NCBI GenBank assembly: GCA_016182555.1 | Contig: JACPGJ010000008.1 | Span: 455,411 to 519,410, forward strand | Reading direction: 5' to 3' | Length of the DNA: 64,000 bases | Origin: Candidatus Kerfeldbacteria bacterium | GTDB taxonomy: Bacteria > Patescibacteriota > Patescibacteriia > UBA9570 > XYC2-FULL-38-9 | Part shown: positions 48,447 through 58,227 of the stretch, in pieces | Layout: each line of letters starts with the position of its first letter | Numbering within the stretch: the first letter of the stretch is position 1 | Position numbers and translations under genes: made by a program | Notes under the pieces: model-generated | Seen by the model: only the letters and a program-made list of their open reading frames with translations | What the model was told of the DNA's origin: nothing | Databases searched by the model: none

Positions 48447-49502
48447 ATGTCATTCGCGAAACCATCAAAAGTGTCCAGAAGTCGAATAAATAAAGCCGGT
48501 AAAACTCTTAAAAAAGAGATTATTAATTCAGATTTTGAATCTGCAGTAAAGTTAGCTGATAATTGGAGAGCGTGTCATGCCTATCCCATTAATACCTTCC
48601 AATCAACATTGAGAACCAAGCTTCGAAAATATCAAAATGAACCTATCGTAGCGCAACGTCTTAAACGCATGCCAACAATTATAGATAAACTGCAACGATA
48701 TCCAAACATGCAGCTAACAACAATGCAAGATATTGGAGGTATTAGGGCAATTCTAGGATCAATCGAAGATGTTTATAAACTAGCAAAAGACTACAGAGAG
48801 AACAAACGCCTTCCTCATGAACTTTATAATGAGAATAATCATATTCAGACTCCGAGAAATGAAGATGGCTATCGTAGTTTGCATCTAATGTACAAATACC
48901 GAAATCCACAAGCAAAAGAATATGATGGTCTACGAGTAGAGCTACAAATACGTACAAAAACCCAACATATTTGGGCTACAGCAGTTGAAACTATGGGAAC
49001 ATTTCTAGGACAAGCGCTTAAATCAAGACAGGGGGACAAAGACTGGCTCGATTTTTTTGCCACAGTATCATCTGCATTTGCTTGCATTGAGAAAACACCA
49101 GTATTACCTAGACATCAAAACATGACAAAACTAGAAATATTTAAGGCGGTTGCAAACACAGAAAAAAAACTCGGCGCATTAGAAAAAATGAATGCATTCT
49201 ATAAAGCCGCAGATGAAATCACAGGAAAACGCAAAAGTGAAGGGTCATCGTATCATCTAATAATACTAAACTCATTAGAAAAAACTGTTGAAGTAAAACC
49301 ATATAGTCGAGATGAGTTCAAAAAGGCAGTTGCAGATTACGCTCAAATTGAAGCTGAGGCAGTGAAGGGGAAAAAAATCGAACCAGTTCTCGTATCTGCT
49401 GGTCCATTAAGCACGCTAAAACGCGCATATCCCAACTTTTTCCTTGATATTTCTGAATTCTGTAAAGCTGTAGCAGAAATAGTAGATAAAACAAAAAAGT
49501 AA
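48447..49502 (+). CDS. standalone RelA/SpoT synthetase-domain protein (toxSAS-like), 351 aa
   Basis: Rel/Spo nucleotidyltransferase motifs DIGGIRAI, GYRSLHL, ELQIRTKTQHIWATAVETMG; basic N-terminus KVSRSRINKAGKTLKK; ~130-aa C-terminal extension; AT-rich. Confidence 0.75.
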   Translation: MSFAKPSKVSRSRINKAGKTLKKEIINSDFESAVKLADNWRACHAYPINTFQSTLRTKLRKYQNEPIVAQRLKRMPTIIDKLQRYPNMQLTTMQDIGGIRAILGSIEDVYKLAKDYRENKRLPHELYNENNHIQTPRNEDGYRSLHLMYKYRNPQAKEYDGLRVELQIRTKTQHIWATAVETMGTFLGQALKSRQGDKDWLDFFATVSSAFACIEKTPVLPRHQNMTKLEIFKAVANTEKKLGALEKMNAFYKAADEITGKRKSEGSSYHLIILNSLEKTVEVKPYSRDEFKKAVADYAQIEAEAVKGKKIEPVLVSAGPLSTLKRAYPNFFLDISEFCKAVAEIVDKTKK

Positions 49503-49550
49503 AAAGAGCCGGCGAGATGCCGACCCTTTTTATTTTCTGCGACTCAAAAT

Positions 49551-51689
49551 TTATTCTTCGTCTTCAGTGGCGACTGAACCTCCACGCGCTTCAATCACTT
49601 CTTTGGCCACATTCTTTGGCACTTCAGCATATTTCTCGAATTCCATGGAATAGTTTGCACGACCTTGAGACATCGAACGAAGGCTGGTCGCATAACCAAA
49701 CATTTCGGCCAATGGGACTAAGGCACGCACAACTTTCACAGTTCCGCGGTCGGTCATTTCCTGAATTTGTCCACGTTTAGAATTGATATCGCCCATCACA
49801 TCACCCATGAACTGTTCGGGAGTCATCACTTCTACTTTCATAATCGGTTCCAACAATACTGGGTCGGCTTTACGTGCCGCATTACGGAACGCTTTTGAAC
49901 CCGCAATTTTGAACGCCGCTTCTGAAGAGTCGACTTCATGGTACGAACCATCAAGCAAGGTGACGCGAATATCTAACAATGGATAGCCAGCCAAAATACC
50001 GCGATCCAGTGCTTCACGAATACCTTTTTCAACAGCAGGAATGTATTCATTTGGAATAGATGCTCCTTTAATCGCATTCTTGAATTCAAAATGTTCAACC
50101 TCTTCACCCTCTTCCACTTCGCTCTCCAACACCTGTAATGGTTCAACTTTCAATACAACATGACCATATTGACCGCGACCACCAGTCTGTTTCACATACT
50201 TCTCTTCTCCTTCTGCGGAGCGTTTAATCGTTTCTTTATAAGCCACCTGTGGTTTACCGGCAGTGGCTTCCACCCCAAATTCGCGCTTCATGCGTTCAAT
50301 AATCACTTCCAAATGCAGTTCACCCATACCAGCCAAAATAGTTTGATTGGTTTCTTCGTCTGAACGCACACGCAAGGATGGGTCTTCATCTGTCAGGCGC
50401 GCGATAGCCATACCCATTTTTTCTTGGTCAGCTTTAGTTTTCGGTTCAATGGCAATAGAGATCACCGGTTCTGGTGCGATAATTGGTTCCAAAATAATTG
50501 GATGATCTTCATCGCATAATGTGGTGCCAGTTTTTGCATCTTTCACACCGACTGCTGCGGCGATATCACCGGCATGAATTTCACTAATTTCTTCACGAGA
50601 ATTTGCATGCAAACGTACCAAACGCGAGATGCGTTCTTTTTTACCTGTCGCCATGTTGAGCACATACGAACCCGATTTCAATACGCCGGAATAGACGCGA
50701 ATGAAAATGAGTTTGCCCACAAATGGATCTGAAGCAATTTTGAAAGCAAGTGCTGCCAATGGTTCGCCATCTTCTGGTTTACGAGAAATTTTTTGTTCTA
50801 AATCGTCTGGGTCTGAACCAACCGTTGGTGGAATGTCGAGTGGAGATGGCAAATACGCAACCACCGCATCCAACATAAACTGCACGCCTTTGTTTTTGAG
50901 CGCTGAACCGCAGAGTACTGGAACAACGTTGTTTGCAATCACGGCTTGGCGCAATACTCGGTGAATATCTGCTTCAGATGGTTCATTGCCTTCCAAGTAC
51001 GCGTTCATGAGCGCTTCATCATTTTCGACAATCGCTTCAATGAGCTGTGTGCGGTACATGGCTGCGCGTTCTTTTTCTTCTGCCGGAATGTCTACTTCTT
51101 CAAATTCACGACCCATTTCATCTTTATAGATCACGGCTTTTTGACGAATGAGATCGATGATGCCTTGGAATGTATCAGCCGCACCAATAGGCAGCTGAAT
51201 TGGATGCGCGTTTTTGGTGAGCCGGTCATGGATCATCCCCAAATCTTTGTAGAAATCTGCACCTGTGCGATCCATTTTGTTAATAAAACACATGCGAGGA
51301 ACTTTGTATTCTTCTGCATAATGCCAGTTAGTTTCGGATTGCGGTTCCACACCGGCAACACCGTCGAATACCACCACCGCGCCGTCGAGCACGCGCAGAG
51401 AACGCTTCACTTCTACGGTAAAGTCGATGTGGCCAGGAGTATCGATGAGGTTGATTTTATGCTCTTTCCAAAAACAGGTGGTCGCTGCAGCGGTAATGGT
51501 GATACCACGTTCTTGTTCCTGTTCCATCCAGTCCATGGTTGCTTCACCTTCATGCACTTCACCAATTTTGTGAGTCTTGCCGGTGTAATACAACACCCGT
51601 TCAGACACCGTCGTTTTTCCGGCGTCGATGTGTGCAATGATACCGATGTTCCGCGTATCTTGTAATGGATATACTTTTTCTTCAGACAT
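49551..51689 (-). CDS. fusA: elongation factor G
   Basis: 712 aa; [17 protein letters not shown]. Confidence 0.97.
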   Translation of the reverse strand: MSEEKVYPLQDTRNIGIIAHIDAGKTTVSERVLYYTGKTHKIGEVHEGEATMDWMEQEQERGITITAAATTCFWKEHKINLIDTPGHIDFTVEVKRSLRVLDGAVVVFDGVAGVEPQSETNWHYAEEYKVPRMCFINKMDRTGADFYKDLGMIHDRLTKNAHPIQLPIGAADTFQGIIDLIRQKAVIYKDEMGREFEEVDIPAEEKERAAMYRTQLIEAIVENDEALMNAYLEGNEPSEADIHRVLRQAVIANNVVPVLCGSALKNKGVQFMLDAVVAYLPSPLDIPPTVGSDPDDLEQKISRKPEDGEPLAALAFKIASDPFVGKLIFIRVYSGVLKSGSYVLNMATGKKERISRLVRLHANSREEISEIHAGDIAAAVGVKDAKTGTTLCDEDHPIILEPIIAPEPVISIAIEPKTKADQEKMGMAIARLTDEDPSLRVRSDEETNQTILAGMGELHLEVIIERMKREFGVEATAGKPQVAYKETIKRSAEGEEKYVKQTGGRGQYGHVVLKVEPLQVLESEVEEGEEVEHFEFKNAIKGASIPNEYIPAVEKGIREALDRGILAGYPLLDIRVTLLDGSYHEVDSSEAAFKIAGSKAFRNAARKADPVLLEPIMKVEVMTPEQFMGDVMGDINSKRGQIQEMTDRGTVKVVRALVPLAEMFGYATSLRSMSQGRANYSMEFEKYAEVPKNVAKEVIEARGGSVATEDEE

Positions 51690-51703
51690 ATATTGTGTGT
51701 ATG

Positions 51704-52168
51704 TTAAGCGAAGTGAGCAAAGGCACGGTTAGATTCTGCCATGCGTTGCACATCTTCTTTCTTCTTCATTGCCGCACCTTCATTGCGGCTCGCATCCATC
51801 AGTTCCAACGCGAGTTTTTCGCGCATTGGTTTACCGGCACGGGCTGATGCAGCTTCAATGATCCAACGAGATGCTAATGTGAAGCGACGTTCTGGGCGCA
51901 CTTCAACTGGCACCTGATAATTCGCCCCACCAATACGGCGAGCACGTACTTCCAATGATGGCGACACATTTTGCATCGCTTTCATCCACACATCATAGCC
52001 TGGTTCACCGGTTTTCTTTTCAATGTAGTCAAAGGCACCATAGACAATTTTGGTTGCCACGGTTTTTTTGCCACGTTGCATGATGTAGTTAATAAATTTC
52101 GAAACTTGTGTTGATTTATATCGTGGGTCTGGCGCGACATTGCGTTTTGGAGCTTGTTTACCTCTCAT
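51704..52168 (-). CDS. rpsG: 30S ribosomal protein S7
   Basis: 154 aa; S7 signature; downstream of rpsL. Confidence 0.92.
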   Translation of the reverse strand: MRGKQAPKRNVAPDPRYKSTQVSKFINYIMQRGKKTVATKIVYGAFDYIEKKTGEPGYDVWMKAMQNVSPSLEVRARRIGGANYQVPVEVRPERRFTLASRWIIEAASARAGKPMREKLALELMDASRNEGAAMKKKEDVQRMAESNRAFAHFA

Positions 52169-52194
52169 ATCTTTATTGGTTCAGTGTAGTTAAA

Positions 52195-52614
52195 TTATTT
52201 CTTTGGGCGTTTTGCGCCATACTGGGAGCGACTTTGCATTCGTTTTTCTACGCCTTGCGTATCATAGACTCCACGAACAATACGATAGCGAACACCTGGT
52301 AGGTCTGGCACGCGACCACCTTTAATCAACACAATGCTGTGCTCTTGCAAGTTGTGTCCTTCTCCAGGAATATATGCCGTTACTTCCATTCCGTTGGATA
52401 AACGGACACGAGCAATTTTTCGCAGAGCGGAGTTTGGTTTCTTTGGTGTGGTGGTGGTGACTTTCACACAAACGCCACGTTTAAAGGCCGCACCTTTTGG
52501 CAGCTTCTTTCGTTTACGATGAAGGGCATCGAAGGTGGATTGAAGGGCTGGGGTTTTGGATTTTCTCTTGGCTGTACTGCGCCCTTTGCGCACCAATTGA
52601 TTCATTGTTGGCAT
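52195..52614 (-). CDS. rpsL: 30S ribosomal protein S12
   Basis: Trimmed to [12 protein letters not shown]; [10 protein letters not shown]. Confidence 0.92.
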   Translation of the reverse strand: MPTMNQLVRKGRSTAKRKSKTPALQSTFDALHRKRKKLPKGAAFKRGVCVKVTTTTPKKPNSALRKIARVRLSNGMEVTAYIPGEGHNLQEHSIVLIKGGRVPDLPGVRYRIVRGVYDTQGVEKRMQSRSQYGAKRPKK

Positions 52615-52845
52615 GGAAATGCAAATTAAAAATAAAGAATGATCGTTATCATTCATTCACGATTGAAACAGTTTACAGAGTATGATCTTCTCAGTTCATT
52701 GAAGGTCACATCCAGGAAACATTGATACATATTTTTTCAAGCCTGTCAGCCATGACAAACTCGAGGAACCGAAGCGATTATAAAATATGTATAAAATATT
52801 GTCAACCGATATAAAATATGATACTATACAAATTAATATATTCTT

Positions 52846-53094
52846 ATGGGTACAGAAATATTTCCAAAAATTCTTTTCTTCATTCAATTTGTGGTTGGCA
52901 CCATCGGTGTGGTCACATTGCTCACTGTGCTGATTTCATTTATCAGCCTGCTGCGTCACCGTAACGATAAAAAAATGATCACCCAAATGCGTGAACAAAT
53001 TGTGAGCGGTTTGATCGCGTTTATTATTATTCTCATTGTTTACGTGCTCTTCAGCGGCATTGGTCCAGCATTTCGTGTCCTCTTTTCAAAGTAG
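52846..53094 (+). CDS. small two-TM membrane protein
   Basis: 82-aa hydrophobic ORF; no motif recognised. Confidence 0.35.
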   Translation: MGTEIFPKILFFIQFVVGTIGVVTLLTVLISFISLLRHRNDKKMITQMREQIVSGLIAFIIILIVYVLFSGIGPAFRVLFSK

Positions 53095-53114
53095 CGCGAC
53101 GTGTAAAACTGGTG

Positions 53115-53741
53115 TTAGAAAATAAGTTGCAACGTCAGGTTATAGAAAAATTCGAAGAGACTGGCGATAAATCGGTCGCCAAAAAAAACGAGGGCGAGCA
53201 ACAACCACATGCCATAGCGTTCGAGGAACAGCACAATGTCTGGGCGTTTGTGGCCAATAAATGTATAAAGCAGTTTAGCACCATCGAGTGGTGGAATGGG
53301 AATGAGGTTAAACACCGCCAACAAAATATTCACTTGAATCAAAATAATAAAGAACACAATCATTAAATTATCTGGCGCGAAATCGCCAAAACGGTAAATG
53401 ATACTAAGGGCGGTGCCGATAACAACCACCACAAGGGTGTTAGCAATTGGCCCAGCCAGCGCCACCAGCGCCGGACCAAACCGTTTATATTTCAAGTTAT
53501 ATGGGTTAAATGGGGTTGGTTTTGCCCAACCAAACCCAGCAACCACCAGTAAGAAAAAACCCAACCAGTCAATGTGCGCTAACGGGTTTAATGTGAGACG
53601 ACCTTCATATTCTGCGGTTTTGTCTCCTTGCAAACGACCAGCAAAGGCGTGGGAAAATTCATGAATCGTCAGCGCAAGGATCACCGCCATCACCCATAAG
53701 ACAAAATAGATTGGCCGTTCTAATAAATCATTAATAAGCAT
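53115..53741 (-). CDS. site-2 protease family metalloprotease (peptidase M50)
   Basis: 208 aa; HEFSHA zinc motif and FNLIPIPPLDG (LDG motif). Confidence 0.7.
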   Translation of the reverse strand: MLINDLLERPIYFVLWVMAVILALTIHEFSHAFAGRLQGDKTAEYEGRLTLNPLAHIDWLGFFLLVVAGFGWAKPTPFNPYNLKYKRFGPALVALAGPIANTLVVVVIGTALSIIYRFGDFAPDNLMIVFFIILIQVNILLAVFNLIPIPPLDGAKLLYTFIGHKRPDIVLFLERYGMWLLLALVFFGDRFIASLFEFFYNLTLQLIF

Positions 53742-53838
53742 AAAACGTGAATGTGAATTGACAAATTTTTTAACCGTCGCTATAATCTGAAAACTGCTGA
53801 AGAAGTATCAACCTTCATTATTACGATAATATCTGCTT

Positions 53839-54015
53839 ATGTCAAAAGTCTGTGATATCTGCGAACGCGGATACTTAAAAGGGAATTCACGCTCTCACTC
53901 TAATATTGCGACTATCAAGCGCCAACAGGTGAACTTGCAAAGCGCAACCATCGAAGGCAAACGAGTGAAAGCCTGCACCCGCTGCATCCGCACCGTCGCC
54001 AAAAACGCTCAATAA
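53839..54015 (+). CDS. rpmB: 50S ribosomal protein L28 (58 aa, below ORF-track cutoff)
   Basis: MSKVCDICERGYLKGNSRSHSNIATIKRQQVNLQSATIEGKRVKACTRCIRTVAKNAQ; L28 pattern; followed by an intrinsic terminator. Confidence 0.8.
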   Translation: MSKVCDICERGYLKGNSRSHSNIATIKRQQVNLQSATIEGKRVKACTRCIRTVAKNAQ

Positions 54016-54020
54016 AAATA

Positions 54021-54050
54021 CCCGCTCTCTGTAGCGGGAATTTTTTTATT
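54021..54050 (+). terminator. rho-independent terminator after rpmB
   Basis: cccgc-tctctgta-gcggg followed by aaTTTTTTTaTTTT. Confidence 0.65.
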
Positions 54051-54210
54051 TTCGATTTTGATTTTCATAAAATGAAGAGACGGCGCTAGAAAGTTATCCA
54101 CAGTCGAATTTATCTCTATCCTTAGCTAAAAATGATATTCGGCGAAAAATAGACGGCTGCACTTAGCCAATAACATAGTGGACTTTTTGCTATATCCGCG
54201 CATATACTCT

Positions 54211-54347
54211 ATGTACCGCTCTCAACCCGGACACGACAACGAATCCTGGTTTGTACATCTACTATTGAATCCCGCCAGTTACTGAGAGCGTCGGTTGAAC
54301 TGTTGTGCGTTTGTGCAGCAAATACAAACCGACGCTTTCTCTTTTTT
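54211..54347 (+). promoter_or_regulatory. candidate attenuator leader: 24-codon ORF plus alternative antiterminator/terminator hairpins
   Basis: cgctctca (54217-54224) can pair with tgagagcg (54283-54290), or gagagcgtcggtt can pair with aaccgacgctttctc followed by TTTTTT (54284-54347); mini-ORF MYRSQPGHDNESWFVHLLLNPASY ends at a TGA inside the switch segment. Confidence 0.35.
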
Positions 54348-54392
54348 CTTCATTTCTATATACTAAGTATAATCTACTAATAATACGTTTTT

Positions 54393-55982
54393 ATGAAAAG
54401 AAAAAATATTATCTCCTTTTGTGCCATATTGAGCATTATAGGATTACTATCCGCGTACTATCTTTACACCAGCAAGGGTTGTGGAGTATCTTCAAAAATA
54501 TGTATCGAGTCTCAACGTATAAGTATACAAATTGATATTCACAAAATTGGAAACAATGGAGTAGTAACATTTGGTGTTGGTTTAACAGATAATACCGGTA
54601 CTCGATTAACAGGAACAGAACGCGATTTTCATGAACAATGGAATTTTGGTGATGAAACATCACAACCAATTCAAGAGGCCCATGCTGATGGAGCTTTGCC
54701 CACATACGAAGCAAGCTACGAAAAAAAATATAGATATACAAAACCCGGAACATATACTGCATACATGCAAATGTTAGATGCAGAAAATGAAGTGCTGCGA
54801 AAATCAAATACTATTACCGTCACAATTCCGGAATCTTCATTCACTACAGCAGCGGAAACGACAACAGACGCTACAGATAGCGCAACACAACCAGAAGAGC
54901 AACGCGGTACACTCTTCTATGCCACAAATACAAAAAAACAACTCCTTATTTCTACCTATAACCCTGATACACAAGAGACACCAACTACCCAAACCATCCC
55001 GTTTGAAGAACAGATAAACCAAACCGGTAGAAATTCTTCCGGTGGAAACGATGCGGTTCAATTCAACCCCACAACACAGGAAATATTTATTTCTACACAA
55101 GGCAAAAGTGAATCAGCCTTTGAAAATTGCATAAATACAGATGGAACCTGCACCTCGCGTATATACAAAATCACTGCCAACAGCACAACACCAACTATTC
55201 TGTACGAATCAGAAAATCCACCAATCAATTGGGTAGTCAACCCTTATGATGATTCGTTGCTACTCAGTTCAACCGTTGAGGGAAAACAGATACTCACAAA
55301 ATTGAATGCGCAAGATGGTTCGGTGGTGTTTACTCAGGAATATATTATTCCCAAAAATACTGGTCTTAAAAATCTTGTGCTCAGCAATGATGGGAAAATA
55401 CTCTACCAAGCTTCGATAGAATCAGAAGATGGAAAAGCAATCAACGAAACTCTCCGTTTACGTGAATTTGATACCACAACCGGCGAGCTTACAGAAGTAG
55501 AAATATTTCAATTCAACTCAATTGACGCAACAACCACTATTTCTCCTAATAACAAATGGATTGCATTTTATGTAAACGCCTACGAAGCGCCACAATTAGT
55601 CATATGGGAGATTAAGGGGAAACAACCGCCTTCAATAAATCCATATCCATACACATCAAAAACAACGGGAGAAATTAGTAATTTCAATCTTTCCTGGTCT
55701 GGTGACAGCAAACGTCTATTCTACATGCGTGCTGATGGTTTAGTGTATTTCGACACCACAACCGGAACACATTCATTTGTCACAACAAGTAAAGAACGCA
55801 GAGAAACGCCATTCGTGTTAGAAGCAACGGGCGCCGAATCAGAAAACTATGTCTTCTATGTTTCTTCTGTAGACAGAACCATTGTACTGTACAACACCGC
55901 AATAGGAAAATATATCACCACGCCATTTTCTATGGTGCAAGATAATGAATCAGTGAATATTAACGGAGTCGCCTGGTATTAA
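54393..55982 (+). CDS. membrane-anchored extracellular protein with N-terminal PKD-like domain
   Basis: 529 aa; N-terminal TM; WNFGDETSQ...YTKPGTYTAYMQMLD PKD-like motif; long Thr/Asn-rich C-terminal region. Confidence 0.7.
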   Translation: MKRKNIISFCAILSIIGLLSAYYLYTSKGCGVSSKICIESQRISIQIDIHKIGNNGVVTFGVGLTDNTGTRLTGTERDFHEQWNFGDETSQPIQEAHADGALPTYEASYEKKYRYTKPGTYTAYMQMLDAENEVLRKSNTITVTIPESSFTTAAETTTDATDSATQPEEQRGTLFYATNTKKQLLISTYNPDTQETPTTQTIPFEEQINQTGRNSSGGNDAVQFNPTTQEIFISTQGKSESAFENCINTDGTCTSRIYKITANSTTPTILYESENPPINWVVNPYDDSLLLSSTVEGKQILTKLNAQDGSVVFTQEYIIPKNTGLKNLVLSNDGKILYQASIESEDGKAINETLRLREFDTTTGELTEVEIFQFNSIDATTTISPNNKWIAFYVNAYEAPQLVIWEIKGKQPPSINPYPYTSKTTGEISNFNLSWSGDSKRLFYMRADGLVYFDTTTGTHSFVTTSKERRETPFVLEATGAESENYVFYVSSVDRTIVLYNTAIGKYITTPFSMVQDNESVNINGVAWY

Positions 55983-55998
55983 AATCGACAACTATTGA

Positions 55999-56346
55999 TT
56001 GAGAAAATGTATGAAAAATAAAAAATGGTTTAAGGTTCTTGTTGTATTTGTAATCATTATTGTTATTATAGCGATTATTATTTTTTTAGGATTTCAAAAA
56101 CATACGCTGAACACTACAGTGCTCTCTTGCACTGAAAAAAATCTCGTAACAACAACAGGAAAATATCGCTTTCCACCGCAGTGGGGATTAGAAGGATACA
56201 AAATTCTTGTTCATCCTCAACCAGGAGGAATGTTTGATGCGATTTATCCAAATCAAATATGTAATAGTGAATCAAATTTCGTTCATGAAATCATCGCTAT
56301 AGAATACACGGGGTTGGGTTATATTACAGCGATTTACGTTCGTTAA
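55999..56346 (+). CDS. small membrane-anchored hypothetical protein
   Basis: 115 aa; N-terminal TM (VLVVFVIIIVIIAIIIFLGF). Confidence 0.45.
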   Translation: MRKCMKNKKWFKVLVVFVIIIVIIAIIIFLGFQKHTLNTTVLSCTEKNLVTTTGKYRFPPQWGLEGYKILVHPQPGGMFDAIYPNQICNSESNFVHEIIAIEYTGLGYITAIYVR

Positions 56347-56368
56347 TTTTTATGGGGTATTTGAATTT

Positions 56369-56827
56369 ATGAAAATGAAAATTGTATCCACGATAGGTTC
56401 GATATTTATCATCATCGCTCTACTACTCTCTTACTATTTATATACTGGCAGAAGCTGCGGTGTATCTTCAAAAATATGTATAGAATCACGAAAAATAAGT
56501 GTGGGTACGAGTGTGGAAAGAATTGGAAAAAATGGAAAAGTGATCTTTAATATCGGCTTAATAGATAATACCCGCACATATGACATTGACATGCAACTAC
56601 GTGATGAATGGAATTTTGGTGATGAGAATTCTACAACGCAATTAAGCGAGGAAGTACATACCGGTAGAATGATGCCAGATTATTTAATTGCCAGCTATAC
56701 AAAAGAATATACCTACACCAAGCCAGGAACATATACCGTTTTATTGAAAATCATTGATGCTACACACCACACAACATACACAGCAGAACCACTGAGCGTT
56801 ACGATTCCCGAATCTGCATTCAAGTAA
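56369..56827 (+). CDS. PKD-like domain protein, paralog of the N-terminus of 54393..55982
   Basis: 152 aa; aligns to the first ~150 aa of the upstream gene (LLSxYYLYTxxxCGVSSKICIESxxIS...WNFGDE...YTKPGTYTV...TIPES). Confidence 0.65.
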   Translation: MKMKIVSTIGSIFIIIALLLSYYLYTGRSCGVSSKICIESRKISVGTSVERIGKNGKVIFNIGLIDNTRTYDIDMQLRDEWNFGDENSTTQLSEEVHTGRMMPDYLIASYTKEYTYTKPGTYTVLLKIIDATHHTTYTAEPLSVTIPESAFK

Positions 56828-56848
56828 AAAAGCTGAACACTAAAATAT

Positions 56849-57460
56849 TTACGCGCTCGCTTCAGCAAAACGAGCGCTGACCACTTTCCAATCAATCACG
56901 TTGAAAAAGGCTTTGATATAGTCCGCTCGGTTCACGCCGTAATCCAGCATGTACGCATGTTCAAACACATCGAGAATCAACAGCGGCACACCGCCTGCCA
57001 AGTGGCCAAGGTCGTGTTCGTTAATCCAGACATTGAATAAACGCTTCGCTTGTGGGTCGTAATAAAGAATGGCCCAACCAATGCCGCGCATACTTGCCGT
57101 CGCAATAAAATCTTTTTCCCAAGTTTCATACGCACCAAAATCTTCAACCAATTTTTTGTGCAACGAATTTTCTACATCATTTGTTTGTGGCTCTTGTGTC
57201 ATGTTCCCAAAATAGAGTTCATGCAAGCGCATGCCGTTGAACTCCCAACCGAAACGGCGTTTCAATTCAGCGTATTGCGGCGAAGTGGGATCGAGCGTTT
57301 TTAATAAATCACTCACTGCATTCGTATTTTTCACATAGCCTTGATACAGCTTGAAATGATTTTCCAATAATTGATTGCTAAAGCCCGGAAGGCCGAGCAA
57401 TGATGCATAGTCTTTTGCTTCGTATAACATAGGCGTGAATAAATAATTAAATTTTTCCAA
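56849..57460 (-). CDS. Fe/Mn superoxide dismutase
   Basis: 203 aa; C-terminal DVFEHAYMLDYGVNRADYIKAFFNVIDW signature. Confidence 0.85.
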   Translation of the reverse strand: MEKFNYLFTPMLYEAKDYASLLGLPGFSNQLLENHFKLYQGYVKNTNAVSDLLKTLDPTSPQYAELKRRFGWEFNGMRLHELYFGNMTQEPQTNDVENSLHKKLVEDFGAYETWEKDFIATASMRGIGWAILYYDPQAKRLFNVWINEHDLGHLAGGVPLLILDVFEHAYMLDYGVNRADYIKAFFNVIDWKVVSARFAEASA

Positions 57461-58052
57461 CTAAATCCAAACCCGGTTTGAGCGTTTTTTCGCCTGGCTT
57501 CCAATTTGCTGGGCACACTTCGGAGCCGTGTTCACGCACAAACTGCGCCGCTTGCAACTTGCGCAATAATTCAGTACTACTACGGCCAATACTATTGTCA
57601 TGGACTTCATACGCTTTCAACACGCCATCGGGGTCGATAATAAATGAACCACGCAACGATAATCCTTCTGCAGGAATATAGGTGCCAAACGCTTTGCACA
57701 ATTTTCCAGTTGGGTCAGCGACCATGGGGAAAGTGATTTTTTTGATCGCTTCAGATTCATCGTGCCATGCTTTGTGAACAAACACCGTATCTGTACTCAC
57801 GCTCAACACTTCAGCATTCAGTTTTTGAAATTCCGGGTACAATTCCGCCATTTCTTTTAGTTCCGTCGGGCAGACAAACGTAAAATCAGCCGGGTAGAAA
57901 AACAACACTAACCATTTACCACTATAATCATTTAGCGTGATCTGTTTGACTTGTTCTTCATGGAAGGCTTCAAATTCCATCGTGCCCAGATGACCATGGC
58001 CGAGTTCACTCACCCGCTGACCGATGGAAATAGAACCAGAATTATTACACAT
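57447..58052 (-). CDS. 2-Cys peroxiredoxin (AhpC/Prx1 family)
   Basis: 201 aa; peroxidatic FTFVCPTEL. Confidence 0.85.
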   Translation of the reverse strand: MCNNSGSISIGQRVSELGHGHLGTMEFEAFHEEQVKQITLNDYSGKWLVLFFYPADFTFVCPTELKEMAELYPEFQKLNAEVLSVSTDTVFVHKAWHDESEAIKKITFPMVADPTGKLCKAFGTYIPAEGLSLRGSFIIDPDGVLKAYEVHDNSIGRSSTELLRKLQAAQFVREHGSEVCPANWKPGEKTLKPGLDLVGKI

Positions 58053-58227
58053 ATCGTATTTTGGCTAATCATTAATCTCTCCTTCCCAGTATAGCAACGG
58101 CTTCAAAAAAGTCGAGCTGATCACTTGCAAACTAATCATGAGACCCCCTTGCATTGCAACACTATTCAGCCTATAATAAATTAAGACGTCCCCACCCTTT
58201 GTGGGTTTTATTATTTTCTTTTTTGCT

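Noticed and set aside
58053-58227. Type III (ToxIN-like) RNA antitoxin upstream of the MazF-fold gene
   Set aside because: ToxI-type antitoxins are tandem ~36-nt repeats. No tandem repetition is visible in this 170-nt region. Only a weak hairpin plus T-run is present.
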